NCBI RefSeq assembly: GCF_006345805.1
Contig: NC_043003.1
Coordinates: 102,176,001-102,240,000 of the forward strand
Direction of reading: 5' to 3'
Source: Octopus sinensis
Taxonomy: Eukaryota
DNA: 64,000 nucleotides
A program made the translations under genes and the position numbers. The notes below the pieces were generated by a model. The model was not told the DNA's origin and did not search any database. It worked only from the letters and a program-made list of their open reading frames with translations. This document shows positions 13,040-26,652 of the stretch, piece after piece (the stretch's first letter is position 1; each line of letters begins with the position of its first letter).

Positions 13040-14090
13040 AAAATGAAGAAGAATATTTAATCAAACAGTTTTGTATAAATTTGATGATATTCTATCATTT
13101 TATTCATTCCTTCAGGGCTTGATGTTGATAACCTGCAATCATATTTCTCCTCATGCATTTTGAGTATTGGAAGTGAAGCAGAATCAGAATATTTTCTGAG
13201 AATAAACACTTTCAAGTCTTTTTCAAAATTGCAGCTGTTTGAAGCAAAATGTTTGGCAAATTCTGTTGAACTACTGTTATTGCGCCTGACATCATATCTG
13301 TGCCCATTAAATCTTAACCAACATAATTCAAATTGCGTTTTGTGCATTCTGCAGTGTACACCAAATGGGAACCTTTACATGTACCACCTTCTGTATAAAT
13401 CATAACATTTCTGTTATGATTCCTGATGGAATTCACTTGACTAATGTTGTTGCACAATGAACAGGTCTTACCTCTCTTGTGGCTGTTTTTCAAGGTACAG
13501 TGAGCAGTTACTCCAATGTTAGTTTTCTTGGAGTCAGAAACAGAGGTCAATAGTTTTCTTATATTTTTATTCCATCTAAAGGATACATTAGACGGTTGAA
13601 GAAATATCTGTTTGAAACGAGGATATTTTTCTGCAACATGCTGGTAACTTTCATCCAACATTTTTGAAATGTCAGCGAAATTTCGGTGCCAGTTAATTAC
13701 TAAAGGAATTCTGTCACATATTGTATTGTGTCCGCTAAAATTATGTGTGAAGGTTTGACTTTCTTTGCTAGTCATAGCTGTCTCATTTGCTATTTCCTTT
13801 AATCGTGATTCACTGTAACTGCGCTTGACACAATGGTGTACAAAAGCATTTGCATTTCCAGTAATCCTCTATGTCAATACAAATCCATTTTATCCTCAAA
13901 AATTGGGATTTCGGATTTGACTGAATTATATGAGGTGGATGATTGGAGGTAAATGTGGGATGATGTGGGCTTGCAAAATAACTCTGTCACTATTCTGCCT
14001 CCAGAAAACTTAACTTTTGTGTCCAAAAATTCAACATTACTTTTTGTGGAACTAGAGGTGAATTTTATGTTGGACTTAAAGCCATAGTTT
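13040..14090 (-). mobile_element. Penelope-like element fragment (RT thumb, linker, GIY-YIG), frameshifted
   Basis: FTSSS...VEFLDTKV (RT C-terminus), RIPLVINWH, C-x-x-C, GGTCKGSHLVYTAECTK...NYVG, RFNGHRYD, PEGMN. Confidence 0.8.
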
Positions 14091-14162
14091 TAGAATAACA
14101 GTCACAGAAATGTAGGAAAGCAATTAAACTCTTGGGATATTCTTTTGTTTGTAAAATTACTT

Positions 14163-14248
14163 TTCATCTGATGATTACAGCTTTTTGTAATTGAATAATT
14201 TTCTCAGTCTTCTATTGAAGATGATTTGTAAGAAACAGCTGTAATGAG
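14163..14248 (+). ncRNA. Type I hammerhead ribozyme with complete catalytic core
   Basis: Stem I ttcat/atgag; CTGATGA 14168-14174; stem II ttaca/tgtaa; GAAAC 14232-14236; palindromic stem III ac-agct-gt; GUA triplet 14241-14243. Lies next to the PLE fragment in the opposite orientation. Confidence 0.8.
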
Positions 14249-14610
14249 CAGACGATTATTCATTGTATATTATTATGCACACACACACACGCATATGTAT
14301 ATATATATATATACACACACACACAGATGCACACATGCATATATACATATTTTGGCACATACATCATAATGTCCTTCCTTTTAAAGATGGTAGAGGGTTA
14401 TTGGAAGGAGCTTTGCCTTCTATTTCTATTGAGACAAATAATCATGTAGAGGTTCCCATTGGGGTCAGAGGAGCTTCCTCATTATAAGAGAGATGTAAGA
14501 AGTGAGCCAATATGGCTGAAACAATGTAACTGAGAACCTTGTATAAACAAGAAATGAAAAAAAAAAGAGGTTCTGAAATGAAAAGAAGAGGTAAAAAAAT
14601 GGTTCCTTAC

Positions 14611-14805
14611 CAAAATTAACAAGCAATGACTCTCCAGGAAGGCTGCACAGAAACCAAGGATACAAACAATAATGGTAATAATACCAGCAGCAACCAATAA
14701 GGAAACAATAATTGTAAACTTGACTTCTGGTAGAACTGCCATGTAGACGGCTGCCTCAGATATCTGAAGGTAGATTCCTAAAGCAAGCATCACCACTCCC
14801 AGTAC
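14611..14805 (-). CDS. Tetraspanin, coding exon 2 (end of TM1, EC1, TM2: VLGVVMLALGIY...GFCAAFLESHCLLIL)
   Basis: 195 nt, phase 0/0, acceptor ctatattacag and donor gtaagg. Matches the tetraspanin G-F/C-C-G/A-A-x-x-E-S/N-x-C-L-L motif. Confidence 0.93.
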
Positions 14806-15528
14806 CTGTAATATAGAATGAGAATCCAAACAATGATGAATAATGATGATAATTGCAATGATGACAATGATGATGATGATGATGATAATGATGATGACTA
14901 CAAATCTGCCATTAATGATTAAGATTAGGATGAATTCTAAGTCAGACACGTGTTCAATATGATAATGGTTTCAAATTTTGGTACAAGGCCAGTAATTTTG
15001 GAGGGAGGATGTCGGTCATTGACATTAACCATCAGTATTTGAGTGGCATTCATTTTATCAACCCTGAAAGGATGAAAGGCAAAGTTGACCTTCCCAGGAA
15101 TTAAACCCAGAACATATAGAGCATTTTTAACACACTAATGATTTTGCCATCACACTGCCTTCAAGGTCAATATAATAATGGTAATGATGATGATGATGAT
15201 GATGATGACGACGACAACGACGATGATGGTGATGATGATGGTTATGGTGATGGTGATGATGATGATAATGAAATTCAAAAATTCAACAAGTTGAACATCT
15301 CTTCCTCCTACTATTTCCTTAAACACTCACACTCCTTAAATCATCACAAGTACAAAACAAAAGTTGAAACTAAACAACATTCAATAATACCTTTTAATAA
15401 TAAATAGAAATAACAATAATGATGGTAATAATGATGATGGTGGTGATAATGATAATAATAATGTTGGATCAGAGGAAATATTAGCAATGACAAATAGTAG
15501 TAAAAAAAAATGAAAATAATAATATCAG

Positions 15529-15559
<31 letters not shown>

Positions 15560-16074
15560 GATGATAATAATAAGAGAGTAACCTGCTACCCACATAAATC
15601 CTACCAAGAATAACACCGAACCCAGCCGAAGACACAGAAACATTAATATAACCAAGCAGGACAATGGTAAGGTGACTCTCAAAGACTGGAATATCTGAAA
15701 TTTCATGTGAGAGTTTTGAATCTCCCTCAAAATGAGTTGGGAAACTTGCATATCTATAGCTTTCGAATACACAAATGAATAACTCAAGAAAACTTAAAAG
15801 CTTTAATATATTAAATTTTGTGCGAAACTTTTTTTATCTTTCTTTTCTCCCTGACTATTTAAATATGTAAACATACCTTTTATTGCAACAACACAACTGA
15901 ATTCAGAAATTCAAAAATTCAACAATGTGAATATCAGTATATATATATATTATTGTTTTTCCTACCAGTATTACAAATAGAACAGGGTGAATTGCCTCAT
16001 TGGCCACTAGTAGTAGTAAACACATTTGACCTCAGCTGACCCAAAGGGTGCAAGATTTTTTTGTCTCCTATTGC

Positions 16075-19000
16075 TGACCTCATGGAACAGAGACTATGTG
16101 ATCAAGCTAGAGTAATATGAAAAAAATCATTGGTTCACAGAAGTAGAGCTTGAAGCTATCAAAAGATGGGTCTTGGAAAATAACAGCAGAAATAACAATG
16201 AAAATACAGTTCTTACAAATGAAAGTAATCTCATAGTACAGGAAAGGAGCAGTGGTAGCTTACTTGATGGGAGACATATAGATGATCTGAAAGAAGACAA
16301 TAAAACTAATGGTGATATGACAGATGAACAAAAGGCAATCTATGACAGAATAAAGGCAAGACTACAGGAGAACGATAGTGACATTATTTGCAACCTTAAA
16401 AGTTGATCAGTGGAAATTGAACCAAGAAATGAAAAAAGTCAATGAAATCCTGCAATATATTAGAACAAACAACATCACAGAAACAAATAATTTCATCACA
16501 GCAGCAAGTTTTGTTGTAGCAGAAAACGTGGGTGTTGATGTCAAAAAAAAAAAAAAAGAAATATAATGGGAGTGAAAAAAGAAAAGATCCATGGTGGAAA
16601 AGAAGAACACGGGCAAGGTTTGATAGGCTCTCAAAAGATATTTCTGTGTTAGACCGAAAGGAGAAAGAGGAGCTTAAAAGCGAACAAAAATACAGGGCAC
16701 TGAACAGGAAGTATAATATTGAAAGAAAGGGCCTGAAAGTGGTAATGGAAGAACTGAAACAGTGCCTCGTTGCAAAGAAAGTAAAGATGGTAAGATATGA
16801 CCAAAGAATGAAGGGTTACCAGCAGACTAGATTATTCAGGGTAGATTAGAAGAGATTCTACAGAGAAATAAATGGAGAAAAGTTGATACCAGATAACAGT
16901 GAAAGTCAAAGGTTTTGAAGTGACAACTGGATCAAAGACAAGGAGCACAAGAAGGATGCTGAATGGTTGCAAGAACTGAAACAAACAGTAGTCTGTCCAA
17001 AACAAGCAGAACTAACCACTTCAGTTAGGGAGGAAGTGAAGGAAATCAGCAAAGAAAATGGGCAACTGGAAGGCCCCGGGACTAGATGGAGTTCAAGGCT
17101 ACTGGATCAATAGATTTGGTGAATGTCATGCACGAATAGCTGTGCAACTCAACACCTTGTTAAATGCCAACCAAGGAACACCAGAGTGGTTGACATTGGG
17201 TAGGACAGTGTTGTGCTTGAAAAACATTGAAATAGGTTATACGGTAAATAATTACAGGCCGATATCCTGTTTGCCACTTATGTGGAAATTATTGACTGGA
17301 ATACTTGCAGAGTCACTGTACAAACATCTGAAAAAAATGGAGTCCTGCCACATGAGCAGAAGGGTTGCAATCTTAAGTGCAGAGGTACCAAGGATCAACT
17401 CCTGGTAGACGAAACTGTACTTAGAGAATGCAAGAGGAGGAAAAGTAACTTAGCTATGTCATGGATCGACTATCATAAGGCATACAATATGATCCCACAT
17501 TCTTGGATTATGGAATGTATGAACCTATTTGGTATTGCATCGAATGTCGAGCAATTGCTTGGAAAAGGTATGGCAAATTGGAGGACAGACCTGACAGCAT
17601 ATGGAAGAAGTTTAGGGACAGTAGAAATCAAGAGAGTCATCTGTCTGTCCCCATAGATCTTTGTACTGTGCTTGATGCCACTAACACTGATTCTGAGGAA
17701 AGCAAAAGCTGGGTATGTATTCAAAAGACGCTAACAAAAAGTCAACCACATGTTATTCATGGATGACCTCAAACTTTATGGTAAAGATGAATCCCAAGTC
17801 AGTTCCCTCGTTGATACAGTGTATACTTTCAGTACTGATATCAGAATAGAGTCTGGACTAAGAAGGTGTGGTGTGTTAGTCTTGAAGAGAGGCAAAATCA
17901 AATGTATGGACGGCCTAACGATACCGTTGGGAAGATTATGGAGCAGATAGAAGAGACATGTTATAAATACTTGGGAATATTGAAAATAGATAAATTGATG
18001 GAGGAAGAAATGACAAAAAAATTTAAGGTGGAGTACTTGCGCAGACTGAGACTGATCCTTAAGTCAAAATTAAATGGATCGAATAAGATTGAAGCTATCA
18101 ACATCTGGGTGGCTTCCTTCCTTAGATATGGAGCAAGGGTAATTGCATGGACAGTAGATGAACTAAACAGCTTACACAGAAAGACAAGGAAGTTGCTAAC
18201 TAGATATGGGACACTCCACCCAAAAAGTGACACAGACTGTATGTACCAAGAAAAAGAAGGGGACGAGGACTGATTGGATGCGAACACAGCATTAGAGTAG
18301 AAGAAAACAACATAGTATGGTATGTAAAAAATGCCACAGAACCACTATTATTGGAAGTAAGAAGGTCAGGCTTGTGTAGGATGAAAGATGGCAAAGATAA
18401 AGCACTGTACAAGCACTTGAGAATGAATGAAACTGAAAATAGGTGACTAAAGAAAAGAATGCATGGACAATTTCATAGGAATGTGGAAGATAGCTATGGA
18501 TGGCCAAAAGTGATTTAAATCAGAAACAGAGGTTCCAATCTGTGATGCCCAAGAGCAAGAACTAAGAATGAATTACATCAAATACAGAATGGACAACACA
18601 TCAGAAAGTGATAAGTGCAGAATTTGTGGACAAAATTGTTAAACCGTATGGAATATTACCAGTCAATGTACACCACTGGCTCAGAAAGAGTATAAGAGAC
18701 GTCATGACAATATAGCAAGGCTTGTCCATTGGACACTTTGCAACAAGTATGGACTTGACAGAGCAAAAAAGTGGTATGAACATAAACCTGAAGGCATCAT
18801 CCAAGCTGATAATGCAAAGACCCTATGAGATTTTATGATTCAGTGCAACCATGAGACAGAGTATAGGAAGCCAGACATAGTATTAATTGAGAAAGAAAGT
18901 AAACTATGATGGATCATAGATATAGCATGCCCAGCTGACAACAATATATGTGATAAGGAAGAAAGAAAAGTCAAAAGATATGACAGGTTAGCTTGGGAAG

Positions 19001-19246
19001 TTAATCAGTTGTGATTCATGAAAAAGATGGTAGTTGTACCAATAATTATCAGATCCCTGGAAACAGAGAGTAAAAATCTTGAGAAGTACATGGAAAAAAT
19101 AGGGCTGTAATAAGGGTGGAGCACTTGCAGAAAACAGCACTGCTTGGAACTGCTCAAATACTCTGAATGGTGCTTGAAAAATGAGTGTTACCTTAGTTCA
19201 CTGGTAGTGAACAGCTGGCACCGTAGTACTTGTGCAAAGACAATAA

Positions 19247-19302
<56 letters not shown>
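16075..19302 (+). mobile_element. RLE-type non-LTR retrotransposon (R4/Dong-like), decayed, with (AAT)n tail
   Basis: [43 protein letters not shown], zinc knuckle CRICG...QC, YKRRHD, KPDIV. (AAT)n at 19248-19302. Confidence 0.88.
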
Positions 19303-19303
<1 letters not shown>

Positions 19304-19395
19304 GGGTGTCAGAAAAATGCTTAGCAGCATTTCTTCTGGTTCTTTATGTTCTGAGTTCAATTCTTGTCAAGGTCAACTTTGCCTTTCATCCTTGT

Positions 19396-21226
19396 GCATA
19401 GCCTGGATAGACTTTGAAAAGGCTTATGACATGTTGCTGCATTCATGGATTCTGGAAACACTCCACATGACTGGAATAGTTGAGAATGTGTGTGCACTGA
19501 TTAAGAAGAGCATACCTAGTTGGAAAACATGTCTTTTTAGTAACAACCAACACTTAGCCGAGGTAACAATCAAAAGAGGTATCTTCCAAGGAGACTCTTG
19601 TTTACCTCTGTTATTTGTTATAACCTTGATCCCACTTTCTGTAGTCCTATGCAAAATCAATGCACACTAAGAACTAAAAAAGAATGGACCTCGTCTCAAC
19701 TACCTTCTCTTCATGGATGATTTAAAACTGTTCGCAAAAAAAAGGGCCTGAAACGGAGAGGCTGGTTGAGAATGTACAAATGTGCAGCAAGGATACAGGG
19801 ATGGAATTCGGTATCTCGAAGTATGCAGTGCTTACTTTGAAGTGGAGGAAAAGAATTGCCAAATGAAGAGAGAATGGAAGACCCAGATGATGATGGGTAC
19901 AAGTACCTTGTGATCTTGGAGATGGACAATATCTTGCATAAAGAAGTGAAAGACAAGGTCATCACTGCATATTTCAAGCACCTTAAACTTCTCTTGAAAT
20001 CAAAACTCAACTCAAGGAACCTTGTGACTGCTATCAGTATATGGGATTTTGCTGTAGTCTGCTATAGCGTACCCATCCTGAAATGGACACGAGCTGAGAT
20101 TAACCAACTCGATCACACTACCCAAAAGACATTGTCAATGCATGGTGCCCTCCACCCTAAGGTGAATGTACATAGGCTCTACATGAAGAGGTGTAGGGGT
20201 GGATGTGAACTGATTAGTGTATGGGAGTGCATCAACAGTGAAAGAAGAAACATGGCAAAATATTTGGTAAATAGAAGACAAGACCTGTTACAATATGTGA
20301 TGTAACTAATGCAGAAGGATTTACCAAAAATGGACTTGAGTGCTAATGAATTCCAATCATGAATAGCCAATAGGAGAGAAGAAACTCTACTCTGCATGGT
20401 CAGTTCCATCATGAAATTAACAACTTAAAAGACCAGGAAGCAGTATGGAGGTGACTAAGCAAGGGTGACATAAAAAACAAGACTGAAAGCCTAATCATTG
20501 CTGCCCAGGATCAGGCATTGTATACTAACTCAGTGAAAAGGGATATATATCATACAAGTGCAACAAACCTCTGCAAAATGTGTGGGAAGAGAGTTGAAAG
20601 CATAACTCGCATTGTCAGTGCTTGTGAAAGTTTTGCACAGAAAGAGTACAAGCACAGACATGATAAGGTAGTTTCACTGGCTACTATGCCAGAAGTATGG
20701 ATATGAGGTAACGGGTGCTTGGTACCAACATACATTGAAAAATGTAACTGACAAAAAGGGGAAAGCTAAAATCCTCTGGGACTTTGACTTCCAGACAGAC
20801 AAGGTGTTGGAGCACTGAAGGCTGGATATAGTAACCTTTAGGAGGGATAAACAGGAGTGCCTAATAATCGAGGGAGCAGTGCCAGGAGATCAACATATTA
20901 TCATGAAAGAAAGAGAAAAGATGGATAAATATGGAGACCTGGGAATAGAGATCATCAAGATGTGGCAGCTACGAGAGTCAAACATAAAGGTTGTCCCTAT
21001 TGTCATTGGAGCATTGGGTTCAATACCTGAAGAAACATCTGGAAACTTTAGAAATACCCTACAATCTAGGTATATGGCAAAAATCAGCATGACTTGGAAC
21101 TACATGCATATTGCGTAAAGTTCTGTCTGTCTGAGGTCCTTTTTGTGATTTGACACAGTATAAACCTTTTCGTAGACACAATATCTTCAATCAACAACCT
21201 TACGATATTGTATACTGTGTGACATC

Positions 21227-21285
<59 letters not shown>
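19396..21285 (+). mobile_element. Second R4/Dong-like LINE, 5'-truncated, with (AAT)n tail
   Basis: AWIDFEKAYD, GIFQGD, FMDDLKL, CKMCGKRVESITRIVSAC, KHRHDKV, VVPIVIGALG. Confidence 0.85.
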
Positions 21286-21286
<1 letters not shown>

Positions 21287-21288
21287 GG

Positions 21289-21748
21289 TATAAAAGATGG
21301 GCTACAGCAAATATTCTGTTCAATACCACAGATTTGCTTGTCAGTTGCTTGACCTTAACTAGTTGAGCATGTCCCTTGGTGGCAGATGATATGTGCATCT
21401 CTGATCATGAGCAGAGGTAGTGGGGGAGCATCATAGCCATGGGTTGAGAGGAATTATTTGGAGTTTGAATAATTCACCTCTGGAAACATGGATGTTTTGT
21501 TCAACATCCTTTTGAACAGGATGAGCTACTTGATGTGTAAAATTCTAACTGGGCCCTACTTGCAAGGTCATATGCTGTTTATCTTGATATGAGATCACCA
21601 TGTTGCACACATATGGTTGTGATGCATGTGCCTGGTGTACCTTTATCAGACGGGTAGTCATGATGGGTATACTGGGCTTCGTATATTTTACCCTAGTGTC
21701 ACTTTGATGGCATGTACTGTTCTCTCATTCAGTAATAATAATAATAAA
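21289..21748 (+). mobile_element. ~460-bp interspersed repeat with (AAT) tail
   Basis: Closely similar sequence at 24946-25240 and 25308-25570, with partial copies at 62355-62720. Confidence 0.75.
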
Positions 21749-22699
21749 TATGAACAAAAACGTAGAAACTATATTTAGACCTTCAACACTATGCCCTATT
21801 GAAAAAATAGCCTTGCTAAGAACAGCCCACATCCTACACAAAACATTATCAATTCAATAATACAACCCAAACAAAACAATCCACAAACACAAGGCACACT
21901 CTATGTAGCAAATATTCAATAAAATAAACAATGACCAGAAGGTTAGATACCCAATGCATTACACACACAACACACAGTACAAACACTGATTCAACAAAAG
22001 ATGGCACCAGACACCATAACAAAAGAAACTGATGCAATACAATACCAGGAAGAGTTTGCCCATCCCCAACAACAAAAAAGAACACACAATGCTGCCCACA
22101 CCCCAGAAACACAGGGCTGTAGCAGGTGATGGCATAAAAATTTGCCTGAAACTACCAAATGTTGAATAATAATAATAATGATGATGATGATAATAAATAG
22201 TGCTCATGGGAACTGCTCATATCCTATGTAAAATATTGTCTATGTAATCCCCAAAAATATTTTAATCCGTAAACAGTGTCAAAATACTTTTAAATGTACA
22301 TAACAGCAAACACCTTTTGCTGTCATCTTAACATCAGACTATCATCTCATAATCAAATTACCTAAAAAAAGAACCTTCTAATTTACTTATGTTTTGACAG
22401 ACATTCTCTAGAACAGGGGATTTACAGAGGATAGGGTGATAAAAAAGTACATGTGTTATAGAGAATTAACAAAAAAAAAAAATAAAGGAAGCAAGTATTT
22501 GTTGTAAACATAAAAATAAAATTCAGATAAATGAATAAATAAATGATGATGATGGTGTAGTCCTCTTGATACAGGAGGGCTTCTAGGGCCAATCAAGGAA
22601 CTCCATCATCCAAGATCTCCCTGAACACTAAGGCCAAGTGCCTTCCCCAATATTTGTTCTTCAGCTTTCAGGTCTACACATTGAGGGGTGCCATCCACT

Positions 22700-23250
22700 C
22701 TTACCATTTTCGTCAATTTCACTCACCTTTCAATAAATTCATTTGAGGACAGTACCTCCCCCTCCACCATCACTTTCTTTATCAGGTGCAATTTCTAAAA
22801 GTTGATGAGTGATTTACCAAAGAGTTAAGTCACTCTCTGTATACCTTTTGACCGTGTCCATCACATATCCTCATATGCTATAGCCACTAGACAAAAGAAA
22901 ACTGCCTTCCCTATCTAGTTCAAGGAAATCATCACTTTGGACTCAGCCAGTTGCTGGATCCATCCTGCATGTGACAATAACTATTCAACATAATCCCACA
23001 AGTCATCAATGCCTAGACACTGAATGAGTGTGTGCAGAATGGTTTTGTTGTTTTGCACACATCTTGGACATGCCCTTCAGATGTAGCTTTGTTTCTGAAA
23101 CTGGTAGTGCTCTTCAGCAGCACTGCCAGACCAAAGAATTCTGGCAATTATCAGTTGTAGTTTCCGATCAGAAAGTCCTCCAGAACAGACTAGCCAGTTT
23201 GTCTCCATTGATGCCAATGGTCTCCTCAACAACACTGCTAGATTGATATA
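22700..23250 (-). mobile_element. L1/Tx1-like LINE 3' remnant
   Basis: Reverse translation gives TILHTLIQCLGIDDLWD, similar to the zf-RVT region at 42490-42570. Confidence 0.45.
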
Positions 23251-23697
23251 CAAATTGACAGACTAACAGATAGATAGATATAAACAGATAAACAGATTGA
23301 TAGACAGGCAGACAACAAATATGTAGATAGACAGGCCAATAGATAGACAGATAAGTTGATTGGCAAGCAGATATATAGATAGATAGACAGATAGACAGAC
23401 AGGTGGATAGATAAATAAACATAAATTGATAAGTAGATAAATAGATAGATATAAAGATAGATAAGTTTCTTTATTGGCCACACAGGGCTGCACACAGATG
23501 GGACAAATTACAAGGTAGAGCTTTTCTTTTGTGGGATGAAAAAAAAACAAAAAAAAACAACAAAAAACAAAAGAAACAAAAAAAGTGGCGTAGATTTTCG
23601 ATCAAAAGGTATCGTAAAAGGGGAAAAAGAGAAAAAAAAAGAAAAGAAAAAAAGGAAAAGAAAAATAAAAAAGGAAGAAAAAAGAGGAAAAAGGAGG

Positions 23698-23755
<58 letters not shown>

Positions 23756-23808
23756 AGAGACAGGTGGGTCGAGAGATAGACAGGCAGAAAAGTTTATCAG
23801 ATACTTAC

Positions 23809-23871
23809 CAGAAAGAGAGTATTTAAAATAAAGAAAACTAATTTCACGACATTTATGGTCTTCAGCGACAT
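23809..23871 (-). CDS. Tetraspanin, coding exon 1 (MSLKTINVVKLVFFILNTLFL; N-terminus and TM1)
   Basis: ATG at 23871-23869, 63 nt, followed by donor gtaagt (acttac 23803-23808). Has the tetraspanin TM1 pattern K-x-x-F-x-x-N-x-L-F. An upstream acceptor (tttatcattccag) puts the exon start at 23904, giving 33 nt of UTR that contains an in-frame TGA. Confidence 0.9.
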
Positions 23872-23960
23872 TGTGGTAATAGTGAAATCTCTTCAGGTGT
23901 ATTCCTGGAATGATAAAGCAAAGGATCTTTTAACATAACGATTGTTAGTGTTTTTGAAGA

Positions 23961-23993
<33 letters not shown>

Positions 23994-24169
23994 TATATCT
24001 ATAATATAATATGTTACATTTACTCAATAGTCAAGATAAAACTCTGAGTTTCAGATGCCGAAGTGGAAATCCACAACACCATCTCTTCGGTTATCTGGTG
24101 TTGTGGATAAATTTCCTCTATTTACATAATATTGAGGTCTCTTTCTTTCTTTTGTTATCTTACCGTTTT

Positions 24170-24171
24170 TG

Positions 24172-24223
<52 letters not shown>

Positions 24224-24225
24224 TG

Positions 24226-24273
<48 letters not shown>

Positions 24274-24295
24274 TGTGTATATATATATATATACA

Positions 24296-24336
<41 letters not shown>

Positions 24337-24389
24337 TATATATATATACACATATATATACACACACATATATATATACACATATATAT

Positions 24390-24467
<78 letters not shown>

Positions 24468-24475
24468 AATATATA
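24170..24475. repeat. (TA)n/(CA)n compound microsatellite (representative of many)
   Basis: Read directly. Similar tracts near 1190, 3045, 6367, 11845, 26600, 49983 and 56420-56990; (GATA)n at 23260-23460 and 23700. Confidence 0.95.
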
Positions 24476-24891
24476 ATTAATTCCCACTCTTCTTCCCCAG
24501 AAAATTACAAAACAAAACAAAAGAAAAAATTCCAGAATACTGCATATAAAAAAAAGTTACAAATAGAAGTTGGCATGAGAGAGTTTTAGAGTTTTGGTTG
24601 ACATTATCTCAGGAATTGAAATAAGTGATATTCTTTAGAGTTAATAGCAATAGCAATGGTTTCAAATTTTGGCACTAGGCCAGCAATTTTAGAAGGATGG
24701 GACTAGTTGATTACATTGACCCCTGTGCTCAACTGGTACTTATTTCATCAACCCCACCAAAAATGAAAGGCAAAATCGGCCTTGATTGAATTTGAACTCA
24801 AAACATAGAGTCGGAAGAAATACCACTAAGAATTTTGTATGGCTTCCTGATGATTCTGTCAGCTTACCACCTTAGTAAAGATAAACTACTA

Positions 24892-24926
<35 letters not shown>

Positions 24927-26601
24927 CCCCCTCCCCCCCTCCTCCTCCTGGAAACATGGGTGGTTCTTTCAACATCCTTAAACAACCCTTATTCAGGGAC
25001 CTTTTGAGCGGGATGGGCTACTCAACCTGAAGAAAATTCTAACTGGGCCCCATTTGCTAGGTCATGTGCTGTTTATCTTGATATGAGATCACCATGTCGC
25101 GCACATATGGTTGTGATGCATGTGCCTGGTGTACCCTTATCAGACGGGTAGTCATGATGGGTATACTGGGCTTCGTATATTTTACCCCAGTGTCACTTTG
25201 ATGGCATGCACTGCTCTCTCACTCAATAATAATAATAATAATAGTACCAGGCAGTGGATTTTGATCTTAACTGATTCGAAGTGCTATCATGTACATGCTT
25301 TGTCTTGGTATAAAAGATGGGCTACAGCAAATATTCTGCTCAATACCACAAATTTACTTGTCAGTTCCTTGACCTTAACCAGCTGAGCATGTCCCTTAGT
25401 GGCTGGCGATATGTGCATCTCTGATTATGAGCAGAAGTAGTGGTGGAGCATCATAGTCATGTGTTAAGAGGAATTCTTTGGGGTTTGAATAATTCACCTC
25501 TGGAAACATCCTTTAAAAAACCTTATTCAGAAACCTTCTGAGTGAGATGGGCTACTCAACCTGAAGAAAGCAGAGCTCAAGGTCAATCTGTACCAAGCAG
25601 CTTCACTCTGTGCTTTAGCTTTATTACTATGGCAACAGTCACATTTTGTGTTATGTTATACATCATCATCATCTTCATTTAGTGCCTGCTTTCTATGCTG
25701 GCATGGATTGGACTGTTTGACTAGAACTGATAAGCCAGAAAGCTGCACCAAGTTCCAGTCTGATTTGGCATGGTTTCTATGGCTGGATGCCCTTACTAAT
25801 GCCAACTACTCCAAAAGTGTAATGGGTGATTTTTACATGCCACAGGTACAGGTACTTTTATAGGCCACCAGCACAGGTGTCAGTTATATGACACAGGCAT
25901 TGGCCATGATTATGATTTCACTTGGCTTGATGAGTCTTCTCAAGCACGGCATATTTCCAAAGGTCTCAGTCACTTGTCATCCCCTAAGTGAGGCCCCCCA
26001 CTGTTTGAAGATCATATTTCACTACCTCATCCCATGTCTTTCTGGGTCTACCTTTTCCACAGGTTTCCTCCACAGTTAGAGATTGGCATTTCTTTACACA
26101 GATGTCCTAATCCTTATCAATCATATGACCATACCAGCACATGACAGGCTTCTTTCAGTATCTGTCAACCAAATCCACTCACAAGGCTTTGGTCACCCCA
26201 AGGAGACATTCACCCAAGGTGCTACATAGTGGGACTGAATCCAGAACTATGTGGTTGGGAAGCAAACTTCTTACCACACATCCACACTTGAGCCTCTCTC
26301 TCTATATATACCAATACAGTTGTACAATAAGTAAATGTGTTTGAAAGTATTGGTTTCTTTGGTATGTTTGTTCCCAAACAACACTTATTTTAGTGCTGTT
26401 GACACCGCCGGATTGAATGGTACTGTCCAGGTGTCAAAACCATAATGATATCTGTGGGGCAGCTGATGATAGAGGTATGCTGGATTGTTAGTATGTCTGT
26501 TTTTGTATATGTGGAATAGTATTATAACACATCCTTTTGATATATATGTGTGTGTGTGTGTACGTCTACACACACACACACACATATATCAAAAGGATGT
26601 G

Positions 26602-26652
<51 letters not shown>

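Noticed and set aside
15344-15787. Hydrophobic 147-aa ORF in the tetraspanin intron
   Set aside because: Hydrophobicity comes from (ATC/ATT)n repeats, and exons 1 and 2 already join in frame.
24011-24589. Long YI/HT/CV-rich ORFs here and near 1127, 2940, 6334, 49841 and 56356-57112
   Set aside because: Translations of (TA)n, (CA)n and (GA)n microsatellites, not genes.
25398-25440. CTGACGA-like...GAAG motif in the 460-bp repeat family
   Set aside because: No copy has GAAA or a stem III/NUH arrangement, so it is not a canonical hammerhead.
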